From Vitrella brassicaformis CCMP3155 (lineage: Eukaryota; Protista; Chromerida): DNA of 37,638 bases. The stretch lies in contig CDMY01000640.1 in NCBI GenBank assembly GCA_001179505.1, positions 1 to 37,638 on the forward strand, in the 5' to 3' direction. Of this stretch, positions 25,334-35,830 are shown piece by piece (position 1 is the first letter of the stretch; every line of letters begins with the position of its first letter). The notes beneath the pieces are model-generated. The model was not told where the DNA came from. It searched no databases and saw nothing but the letters and a program-made list of their open reading frames with translations. Both the position numbers and the translations under genes were made by a program.

Positions 25334-27288
25334 ATGCGTGCGGCGGGGCGTTCGGAGGCATCGTCAACGCTCATTGGCGTCTTCACTTTGCAGAGATCAC
25401 CTCGCGCCTCTCCGCGAGGACACGCTGTCTTTCTTCAAGCAAGGTGGCGGTCGTGTGGCCTGGTGGGATACCCCAAGTAAGCAGAATGATGAACCATTCA
25501 CGGTTGGCACTTTCGTCCATTTAAATGTCTGCGTGAATTCAGTGTCGGAAAGAGCACTCTCTTCAATGCGATCACACAGACAATGGTGGGTGCGTCATGA
25601 AGCGAGCAGAGCACACGGACACACAGACCCACCTGGGCATGGCATGCCTCTTGGCCATTCGCTGCAGATGGCGTGGGTGTTGCAAAAACAGTCTAACTGA
25701 CGGCCTGACTGCCTGGCTATGAGAATTGATACAGGTCCGCGGAGAATTATCCATTCTGCACCATCGATCCCAATGTAACCAAAGTCGCCGTGGCCGATCC
25801 CCGCCTCGACGAGCTGGCCCGCATCGAGCAGTCGGAGAAGACGACATACGGACTGATCGAAGTGCGGGACATCGGTGGGCAGGATAGCACAGGCAGATGT
25901 GACTGACGCTCTCCCATCATCATGTGTGCTGCGTCCGTGTAGCTGGTCTGATCAAGGGTGCGGCAAAGGGTGCGGGGATGGGTAATGCGTTTCTATCTCA
26001 CATCAGGTAGGTAGGGGGGCGACGGACCACCAATGGCTGGGCGGATTGCTGACACGATGTGCTGTATTGCTCTGTGTGTGCGCCAGGGGTGTGTCTGCCG
26101 TCCTGCATGTGGTCCGCTGCTTTGCAGACGTCAACGTCACACACGTGGTAAGACCTCCTCCTGCATCCACGTCTATCCAATGTGGCCCGCGGCGTGCATT
26201 CTTGGTGTCACCTCTCTGTCTGTCTGCAGGAAGACCAAGGCAGTCTCTCTCCGGTACAGGAATATGAGAGGTCAGTCTCCTCAGTGCTCATGCCCAAATG
26301 CGACTCTGATATGATCCGGGTTTGACCCCTCACTCAGTGTGCTGGAGGAGCTGCTGATCGCTGACCTCGAGGTGGCCTCCAAGAGACTGCCAGCACTCCG
26401 GAGGAAGGTGGGCGAATGAGCCGAACAGCGCTCTTTCAGAGTGCACAAATGCCCATTGTCCCTCTCCTTGCATCCTTCTGGGCAGGCTCAGTCTCCCAAG
26501 GACACCGAGGCCACCCGCAGCCTGCCTGTCTTCGAGAAGGGCCTGGCGGCTCTCGAGAAGGGCGAGCCCGTCCGGTCGGTGCTGACTGACGACGACAGGG
26601 ACCTGGTGCCCGACATTCCCTTCATCACCGCCAAACCAACACTCGTCGTTGCCAATGTCGACGTACGTCAGCTGCACACAAGAGGATCGTTGCACACCAC
26701 AGGCCGTGCCTTGTGTATCGTGCTGCATTGTGGCAGGCTGAGTCGGCCAAGGACGGTAACGAGCTGAGTGGCCAGCTAGCTGACTACTGTGGTCAGCGCG
26801 GCCAGCGCTGCACTGTGGTGTCGGCCAAGCTCGAGATGGAGGCGTGTCAGCTGAGGGAAGGTGATTCGGACGCGTTCCAGCGTGAGTATCTCATGAGCTT
26901 CGGCCTGGAACGCGGGGAGCCGGCACTCATGCGGGTGAGTTGATGAGTGAGTGAGTGAGACGGGCAGAGACGCAAAAGGCCCTTCCTGACGCCTCTTTTG
27001 TCTGCAGATCCTGCGTGAGTGCATGGATCTGATGGACATCCATTACTACTACACATCGGGCCAAGACGGTGAGTCAACATGCATACGGATGCTCTTATGT
27101 AGATGGAGCGTGTCTGTGTGATCGTCAGAGTCTCGGGCGTGGTTCATCCCCAAGGGCGCCAAGGCACCCGAGGCAGCAGCGGCCATACACACTGACTTCG
27201 ATAAGAAACTCGAGAAAGTAGAGGTCAGCTGGATGGATGTCCGGTGGCCATCCACGCATTGATGGATAACCTCGTCGCCTGTTCTCCT

Positions 27289-27332
<44 letters not shown>

Positions 27333-27495
27333 TGTGTGTGAATCCATCCATGCGTATGTGTAGTGTTGGCGGTATGAAGATGTAATGAAGTATGGCGGTC
27401 TGGCCGAGTGTCGCAAGAGAGGGCGGGTCTCGACAAAGGGGCGGGACTATGTGGTGCAAACCGCTGACATTTTAGAGTTCAAAACCAAACGATAG
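25334..27495 (+). CDS. ychF: YchF/OLA1 Obg-like ATPase with an N-terminal extension (probably organelle-targeted)
   Basis: Spliced product reads CGLVGYPN|[116 protein letters not shown] at 27493-27495. About 40 aa of R/S-rich sequence precede the G1 motif. Confidence 0.95.
27289..27340. repeat. Compound (TC)n(TG)n microsatellite in the last YchF intron
   Basis: Read directly. Confidence 0.9.
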
Positions 27496-29277
27496 AGATG
27501 GACAGACAGACGGCCAGGCAACCACAAATGACTGAATGGCTCACCGGCCGACCACAGAGCAGCGCCAAATGAAATGCCTGCAGAGGGCCGACTTGAGGCA
27601 AAACCAATCAGCGCTCTTTACATCCGCAACCCACCAGTGAATGTGGCGAGACATGTGCCGTGCGGCGTTTCGCTCTCGTTTCCTGCTGCCATCGGTGTGC
27701 TCACGAGGACGTTTCAGCTGCCCGAGAGACGGACCGTCCCTTTCGGAGTCCCGATTTCACGTGAGACATTACTCAAAGCACGCTTGACACCGACATTGAT
27801 CAGATCATCACGTTGATCAATCCATTCATCAATCAGTCAGTCAGTCGACTCATGACACAAGAACGCTCTGCATGCACTTGTCGTAGAAAACACCTCGCTC
27901 CCTGCAATGCATTGCAATGCAGTCCACCAGTGAAGCACTCCCAGCATCCTTCCCCGCAGCCCGACCTGCCTCAGTCTGGTGAGCTGATTGACTCATTCAC
28001 TCATCACTCCCCATCGCCGCACGATTGCCCCGTTTCCGCGCATCTGCTGGCCATGGTGGTCCCGTGCAGCGGACGGTCAGCCGATCTTGGGTGCGTTGCC
28101 GGACACCCAGCCGTCGTCACCACCGCCGGCCGAAGCGTTGCACCCGGAGCTGCCTTCTATTTCTTCGGGAAAGAGCGAAACAGATCTTCGGTCGACTTCG
28201 TTGCCGCCGTTCCCCTTCTCACTCCGGCTATTCCCTCGCCCCACCCCCTCAGCATCATGATTCAAGCGGCAGAAGACGTCGCCATGCGCCTGGACAGACC
28301 CCACACAAAACACATCCGATGGCTGAGTGGCTCTCATCCTTCGTACCTGCATGAGTTGTGCTCACTGTGGCCCTCTTCCTCTGCCCCATACCAACGACAT
28401 CACCTCGGGGGAGCCAATATGCTGATTCGGTGGCAGCCAGCTGCAGGATCCTTCCCTCAGCAATGATCATGAGTCAGCCATCCGCGGCTTTGCGGCACTG
28501 GCAGCAGCATCGTCAGCCAGGACGCTTCTGGCTTCTTCTCGGCATCATCGTGGCGTCATCTTGTCATCACCTTCCCCACCAGCTGTCCATCCACTCGGGA
28601 GGGGGGCGAAGGGAGAAGTCGCGCATGTGGCCCCGACGTCTTGGAATCTGGGACCCAAATGCTCCGTGCGGCTGAAGGGGCCGCATGGAGGCATAGGGGA
28701 TGGTGCTGAAGCCTTCGGCCGTCGGGCTGGTCATTCCTGCGAAGATAAGGGCAACGTCGGCAGCTTCAGCGACTGTGCACTGTCTATGGACACGCCAAAC
28801 TGCTTGTGGCGGCTCCTCTTCTGCTGCGTCGTGGCTGCTCCTCACCCTCGTCGCCTCAGGCTGCTCCAGCGGGACGGATGAGAGGGGGCCCCCCACACGC
28901 GCGCCATTCCCCACGTCACGTTACCGCAGCGGCAGGTGCCTCACTCGCTGTGTTCTTGCTCTGTGTGTGTGCAGGGAGTGGCTGAATCCGTCGTTCGTCG
29001 GCGGCTTTTTCTTTGACGTTCATCTTATCTGCGAGCTTCTTTGACGTGCGAGCTGCGCGCCAGGAATCATCATCTGGCGGCCGCTTGAGTCCCCGCTATC
29101 AACAGCATCAACGGCTTGCCAGATTCGACGCGACCGTCTCCCTGTTTGAGAATCTCTCTGACGAGATCTTTTGTCGAGAGAGGTACGCCGTCCGTGATGC
29201 AGCTTCAGGGCCTGTTCATCGATGCACGTCAGTGGGCTTCCTTGCTGCTCTGCTCTTGTTTGTAGGGATTGGGAGGA

Positions 29278-31099
29278 ATGGATTTCCGAAGCGTCAGCTG
29301 GCTCCTCGTGGTGTGGTTGGCTATTACAGGAGGTCAGTGGTGGTTCTGGCAGCAGCAGAATCAGGCCGTCCAAACAGCCACAGCAGCAGTGCTGACGGCG
29401 GGCGGTGGAGCCCTCGGCTGCGTAGGCGTGCAGATCAAAAAGACGGACTCGCCCTTCGGGAACGTTTGGTGGGGCGGCCAGTGCATCCAGGTGTCGGGAG
29501 GCTTCCTTCATGGAATTGCTTAATACCTGGCGCCGGCGTCAACACTGGCGCCCGTCGGAGCCACATCTGTCATCTTCTCTGCGATCGTCGGCCGCGTGAG
29601 CCAAGAGACGAAAGGCAAACAGGAATGTACGTTTCTGTTTGGAACCGTTAGCTTTATGGCGAGCCCTGCCACGGTCGAGAGTGGGTCTCGACTATCGTGG
29701 TGTCCGGAGGGGTTGGTATAGCTATGTGGTATGTGGCGCGTCCGACCAAGGCACACGAAGCAGGAGAGGTAGGTCGACAGTTGATTGCCTCGCTCGTCAT
29801 CGATTTGCTTTGCTGTCTGCGCCGTTTCAGGCTGGCGATCCCATCGAGAGTGTCTTCATTTGCGAGTGGCAATGGGGCTGGAACTACGGCAGTTTCATGA
29901 CGTTTTGGGCCGTCAATGCAGCTTGTATTTCTGTGTACATATTGCTTCGTGAGGTCTTTCTACCCAGGTACATATTCACGTCCATCCATCCATCTCCCGC
30001 CAGGCAGGCAGGCAGGCAGGCAGGAAGGCAGGCAGGCAGGCAGGTGGCTGTGTGTGTGGTTTGTGCACTTATCTTTGTTCCCTTGTCTGCTGTAGGACGG
30101 CCGCACCGCCAGCGCCCCATCAGCCGCAGGAACTCGAAGAGAATTCACCGCCACAGAGGTCAGCGGCTCTTCTGCGACTTCTCACCCACCACCGCCTTGC
30201 TGTCTATGTGTGTACAGCAGTGAGACAAAGCTGTTGCTTGAGGGAGAAAGTGAGCGCCCCTCTAAAGGAGAAGCATCCTCCTCTGGGTCGCCGGACGAAG
30301 AGCCGCCAGCGCATCAGGGCGGAAACGGGGGAAGCATCCCTCCCGATTTGGGTGAGTGACGAATGGCTGAATGTGCCGCGAAAGGCTCACCCATCCATCC
30401 ACTGCTGCCCTTTGTCTTGTTTGCATTGTCAGGCGCTGCGTATGGATATCTCGGGGGGCTCGTCGCTGCACAGCTGCCGCTAGAAATGAAACAGTTCGGC
30501 CCAAGTGGCTTTCGCCAGCAAGGTCAGCCTGTGTAGGACACACACGCGCCGTACCTGTGTGTGGGATGTACAGAACGGCTTCATTGCCCTCATCGAGAAG
30601 CCCTTCTGCAACGTCAGCGGCGGCTGTGTGTGTTGGTGGCTCATCGGTCAGACCTCCGTGTCGGCGCTGGCGATGGTCTTCCTCATCATCCTACAGGCAG
30701 GCACAATGGAAGCAGACACCCCAGCACGGGTCAGAAACCTGCCTTTGTTGCGGCACGCAGGAGGTCATCCTTTACGTGGCTTTGAATCTAAAGCAGGCGA
30801 AATCAGCGGCCTTCATGCCCACCTTCTACGTGGCGCAGTGCCTGTTCTCTCTCCTAGGAGGTACACACGCGACATGCGCACACAGACGGATACACAGCAA
30901 ACATTGTGTGCAGGTTTTGCAAAGTTCCACGAAAACCAGCACTTCAGCAAGGAGGAGATCCACGACTTCCTCTACGGTATTGTGAATATACACGAAGGCC
31001 TTTGCATTGCTCTTTATGTTGCGCTTCTGTTGCCGTGTAGGCCTCGGTATTGTGCTGCTGGGATGCTTCATCCTGAGCATGACATGGATAGACAAGTAA
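29278..31099 (+). pseudogene. NIPA/DUF803-type Mg2+ transporter-like membrane protein with an in-frame TAA (nonsense allele, pseudogene or sequence error)
   Basis: Spliced product reads ..GALGCVGVQIKK..NVWWGGQCIQVSGGFLHGIA*YLAPASTLAPVGATSVIFSAIVGR|LYGEPCHGREWVSTIVVSGGVGIAMWYVARP..GAAYGYLGGLVAAQ..MVFLIILQ|EVILYVALNLKQAKSAAFMPTFYVAQCLFSLLGGFAKFHE..GLGIVLLGCFILS. This matches the NIPA pattern WW.G...A..FAPA.L..PLGA. The start and last exon are uncertain: TAA at 31097 overlaps a GTAAGC donor. Confidence 0.75.
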
Positions 31100-31519
31100 G
31101 CCAACAAAAGCAATATACAGGCGATCATTTGCTGTGCCTTTTACGATGCATGTTGGGTATGTTCGACCGATCATCGTGCGCTGCTACCTTGACCTTGAAG
31201 GGTAGGCAAGGCGACACAATAAGAGCTGCTCTCCTAGTGCTCAATGAAGTCTGTGTGCTATGCTTTGTGTGTGCAGCAAATTGCGAGGTGCTGCAGATGC
31301 CTATGAGCGAAGGCCGTATGCCCACTACTCTGCTTCATGGCTGATTGATTGGTGGCTGGTTTAAGTTTCTTCTCTTGTCTTCTCTGCGGTCAGTGTGGTG
31401 TGTCTGCCGTCTCTCTGACTGAGTGAGTGTCTGCGTGCATGTGTGTCGGAGGAGGCGACTTTTGTAGGTGTGGCACCCTTAGGTGCTTAGGTGTCTGTCT
31501 GTCTGTTGGTGTACATACA

Positions 31520-32194
31520 TACATACACACGGGAGGGAGGGAGGGAGCCAGCGGTCAAGCAATCGGCGGTGAGTGACTGTTTGATTGACCGACTGAGTGG
31601 CTATGGGCTGTGAGGCTGGCGATGTGTACATCATGACTCTGTATGGTGTGTGGTGCGTGCCTTGGTGTCGTGGCTTCCCTCTGTCTGAGTGTCTGAGTGT
31701 CTCTGTGTGTGTGTGCGTCCCGCAGTGCTGATACACATCCATCCATACACACCCAGTGGATACACACACACACACACACGAGGCGGGGCGGGGGAGGGAG
31801 GGATGAAAGTGACAACACATGAGGTGAGGTCAGTGGTGTGGTGCGGTGTGTCCCGTCCATCGATCTCTGCTCGTCCGGCCATCTGCCCGACCGACTGACT
31901 GACAAACACATTGGCCATGAATATGTATGTCCGTTTGTGGCTCACATATATATGCGATCATCATATGTACGTAAGTCTGTACTGTTCTGTACGTACAAAT
32001 ATATACATATGTATACATTTGTGTGTGGTAATCGATCGTACGCGTACGTCTTCTCGTCCCGGGCCCTCTCTCTGCCTGTCTGTCATGTGTTCGTATTTGC
32101 TGCCTTCCCGGGTGTGACAGACATGATTGACCGACCATGAGGGTCGGCGGCGGGCACACAGACAGTACGTGTGTGGTCGCTCTCTGTGTGTCAG
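31520..32194 (-). repeat. Diverged ~700-bp non-coding repeat, copy 2 (inverted relative to 3243-3960)
   Basis: The reverse complement aligns with 3243-3960; the ORF track gives near-identical peptides (e.g. 3631..3915 + vs 31555..31911 -). Confidence 0.9.
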
Positions 32195-32496
32195 CTGATT
32201 GAACGGACGGTGTACACGTGTGTGGATGGGTGTGTGCGTGTGTGTGCTGCTTCTGTGAGTGTGTGCACTTCTGCGTGAGATGGTGGCTGCAAAGAGTGTG
32301 GCCTCATGCTACCGTCTCTTTCGATTCATCATCAATTGTCTTTCATCGTCATCAAGTCCAGCCAGCGATGCGTAAAATGATACATTGATGCATAGCACAA
32401 GCCGCATTTAAACGTCCACTGATACATCTCTTGGCATGAACGTTTGCTTGAAACACTCGCCTCTCTCGTTATCGCCGCGTCTGTACCGAGAAATGG

Positions 32497-32796
32497 NNNN
32501 NNNNNNNNNNNNNNNNNNNNNNNNNNNNNNNNNNNNNNNNNNNNNNNNNNNNNNNNNNNNNNNNNNNNNNNNNNNNNNNNNNNNNNNNNNNNNNNNNNNN
32601 NNNNNNNNNNNNNNNNNNNNNNNNNNNNNNNNNNNNNNNNNNNNNNNNNNNNNNNNNNNNNNNNNNNNNNNNNNNNNNNNNNNNNNNNNNNNNNNNNNNN
32701 NNNNNNNNNNNNNNNNNNNNNNNNNNNNNNNNNNNNNNNNNNNNNNNNNNNNNNNNNNNNNNNNNNNNNNNNNNNNNNNNNNNNNNNNNNNNNNNN
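32497..32796. other. Assembly gap, 300 N
   Basis: Run of exactly 300 N. Confidence 0.99.
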
Positions 32797-32797
32797 G

Positions 32798-33073
32798 TTC
32801 CCCAGGCGGCCGTCACCAGTTGTTTCCCGAGCCGGATACGTCTGTGATGAGCTGTCGTGAGTCGAAGAGGTCCCTCAGCGGCCCCCTCATCAGCTCGTTG
32901 ACCACACCCTCCTCCATGTCCACCAACACCGCCTTACACACACCACATCATGCCAACCACCATAGGTCACCATGGGTGGATGGATGTGTCCTCACTCACC
33001 CGTGCCCGCAGCGTCTTGACGGGGGCAGTGCCATCGCCAACCGGGATCTCCTTCGGATCTGAAAACCTGCACA

Positions 33074-33111
<38 letters not shown>

Positions 33112-33327
33112 TCAAGGGATGAATCGGACAGGCAGATCTTGCAGTGGACATTTCCTTATCTGATCTGCCCACCGTGTGTCGACGTTTCTGAAGAGAACTG
33201 AGGTGCCGGCGTCGAAGTGTCCCTTCTTGTTGTATGAGGCATGTTCGTTGAGGGCTTCGCTCCAGAAGATGCTGCCGATCTGGTTGCCGCACTGACCCAC
33301 CTGCACCACTATCAACTCCCGAGGCAT
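32798..33327 (-). CDS. TUBE1: Partial second copy of epsilon-tubulin (exons 1-3), truncated at the gap
   Basis: Identical to the reverse complement of 107-636. It stops inside intron 3 at the N gap. It may be the same locus assembled twice. Confidence 0.8.
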
Positions 33328-34054
33328 AACGCCAAATGCGATGCGTTCAACCTCTCATCGCCGCTGATGCATTCCAGATCGTGTGTTGGGGAGAAGCGTC
33401 GAGAATCCCGCGAAATTCAAAAAATGAGACGGATTCACATTTTGTGTGGATTCAATTCATTTTCATGAGGAAATTCTGATGTCGGCCGGCGCACCACCGA
33501 GGAGACAGCATTACAGGCGGTCTGCCATGGCAGTCTTCCCCCACAATGATGCCAAGATGGCCAATATCACCCCCCTCGCGCAGAGACCGGCCGCCCGCCT
33601 GAATCCAGCGACTCTCTGAACGTAAGAAACAATGTTTCCCCACGTATGAGCTCTTTAACGCCGACGAGGACGTATCTGCCGCGGGTGGTGTCCATGCATT
33701 GGAGCCGTCTCGGCCTCGCCATGGTCTCCTGGCCGTCTGCTGGCGCCATGTGGGCGTCGCCATCGCCGCCGCCAAGTGATGCGTGTCGAGGAGGGAGGGC
33801 GTGTTGAGGAGGGGCCTCTTACTGTTGTTTCGTCTTTGTTTCTCTTTGCAGCTCTGCACAAGGGCGATGACCGCGTTGACTTGCTCGAGAACGGTGCGAA
33901 CGTCGCCACAGTGGACGTCTAATTGGCACGGATGCTGAAATCGTGGTAGGGTTGTTGTGTTAGGGTGATTAGGTCGATTGCGTCTGCTGGTTGAATTCGT
34001 GGTGCACCGTTGAGACGCCCTTCCGGCCATCCAGAGTGCCGCCTTCATCCAGAC

Positions 34055-34591
34055 ATGGCAGTGTGGAAGCTGGGCGTGCGCATCGATTTGGAGCTGGAGA
34101 TCGAGCTTGGTCAGCTGACATCGAAAGGGAGGTGCTGAGCGTCAGGTATGCTGTCTCCGTGGTCTTTCAGGTATGCTGACCAGCAAAGACACCATCCAGT
34201 GGTTGTTTGTCGAGAGTGGGCGGATCCCCAGCGGCTATGTCTTCATTTGGTCGGTGGCAGAGGCGCTCGGCGTCGGGGACTGCAGCTCGGGCGGAAAGGC
34301 CGCGAGCGCGTGGAAGCTGGGTGTTCGCGTTGATCTTCAACTGGAGATCAAGCTTGGTCAGCTGACATCGAAAGGGAGGTGCTAAGCGTCAGGTGCTGTC
34401 TCCGTTGTCTTTCAGGGTTTCTCACCGACCAGAAGACCATCCAGTGGTTGCTTGGCGAGGGCGGCCGGATTGCCAGCGGCCGTGTGTTCATTTGGTCGGT
34501 GGCTGAGGGGGATTACAATGTTTGTACTGCGACAACATCAAGGTGGGGGAGTGGGGTGGATAGCAGCGCCATCTATGCCAATGCTGACTGA
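34055..34591 (+). CDS. Unknown ~138-aa protein built from two tandem ~62-aa repeats, 3 exons
   Basis: Exons 34055-34109, 34171-34356 and 34416-34591 join in frame across two near-identical phase-1 GT-AG introns. Product: MAVWKLGVRIDLELEIELGMLTSKDTIQWLFVESGRIPSGYVFIWSVAE-linker-AWKLGVRVDLQLEIKLGFLTDQKTIQWLLGEGGRIASGRVFIWSVAE-tail. The last exon could splice further. Confidence 0.65.
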
Positions 34592-34821
34592 GGTTCGCTG
34601 CTGTGACTGTGTATGCAGGAATTCGACGTGGAGAATAACTCCGATAAGGAACACAAAAGATGGTTTCTCCCGGCAAAGAACAAATGAGATTTAGAGGTTG
34701 TAAAACACCTTTGCGACGGGCGCATGGCAATCGACGACTACTGCGAACGCACGTCCGGGAAGAGTAAGCACCAACGAAGTGCGCATAGCCTCTTGGTGAT
34801 GTCTGACGTGTTTGGCTTGTT

Positions 34822-35830
34822 ATGCCAGCCGGGAGTGAGCTGGACATAATGCCGACGTACGTCGCGGAGCACCACTACATCAGTGAAGCCCTTCAGAAGC
34901 CCACCGCTGAGTTGAAGGTGCCCACACTCGACCTCGATCCCGCCGCCCGTGAGGACCCGGCGCTGCACCCACCAGCACCCATGCTGCTGCCACTGAAGTA
35001 CTCGCCAGCCAAGGTTCGTGACCACGGTGCCTTGCCCTCCCTCTGCAAAACCGCCAGCACCAAAAGACATCGTTCGCTGTCCCGCCAGCTTACATGCCAA
35101 CCCCCAGCAGCAGCAGCAGCAGCCCAACGCATACCCGACCATTCTGCCGCCCCCCGCCACCGCCGATGGACAACACCGCAACCATCGCCACAACGAACGG
35201 CATGGCAGACACAACGGGCGGGGCGGCGGATGGCGCGGCCACAGGGCCGGGCCAGGAGGCCAGAAGAGGTATGCACCCCGTGTATGTCTGTCTGTCTGTG
35301 TGGTGTGAGCGCCCTCATGTCTTTGTCTGTCTGTCTGTCTGTCTGTAGGTCAGTGTCATCGCTGCCTTCGTTTTATATTATAAGGATCGTGTCCGGAAGT
35401 CACCGCCCTGTGCAAACACGACACGTACGACGCCCTCCCACAGAAGTGTGGGTCCCCACACAAGTGTCGGAGGGGATAAGCCACGTATGCGTCTCTCGCT
35501 GCGACCGTGTCTCTGTCTCTGTCAGCAATCGCCGCCTACGTTTTATATCTGAGCGGCTCATCTTCTCTTCTCGAGCGACGACAGCTGGTCAGCAGACGAG
35601 CTGACAGCTGCGGCAGCTGCGAGAGAGTCGACCACGTGGGGTTCGACATGGGCAAGGGCCTATTAGTCACAGCCACACTCTGGGAGGTCAAGGGCAGCGG
35701 CGGGCGCGTTGATAAGGTGGCGGGGCCCGTCATGCTCGACTGCAGGGACATGGACAAGTTCAGGTGTGGCCTTGGATGGTGCAGCCCGTCAGAGGCCAAG
35801 GAAGAGCTGGAGGAGCTGTGTGAACGATGA
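34822..35830 (+). CDS. Hypothetical ~295-aa protein, 3 exons, with a repeated IAA(F/Y)VLY motif
   Basis: Exons 34822-35268, 35349-35484 and 35526-35830 total 888 nt in frame via GT-AG; the second intron is only 41 nt. I recognise no family. Confidence 0.4.

Noticed and set aside
27574-28675. Several 80-217-aa ORFs between YchF and the NIPA gene
   Set aside because: No recognisable motifs or consistent splice model; probably UTR or intergenic.
33851-33921. ALHKGDDRVDLLENGANVATVDV* resembles half an ankyrin repeat after a TTTGCAG acceptor
   Set aside because: About 23 aa ending in a stop, with no joinable upstream exon; too short to call. It may be a remnant.
34061-34510. Tandem 247-bp repeat considered as CRISPR-like or LTR-like
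   Set aside because: Only two units, no spacers and no TG..CA termini; better explained as a duplicated exon+intron.
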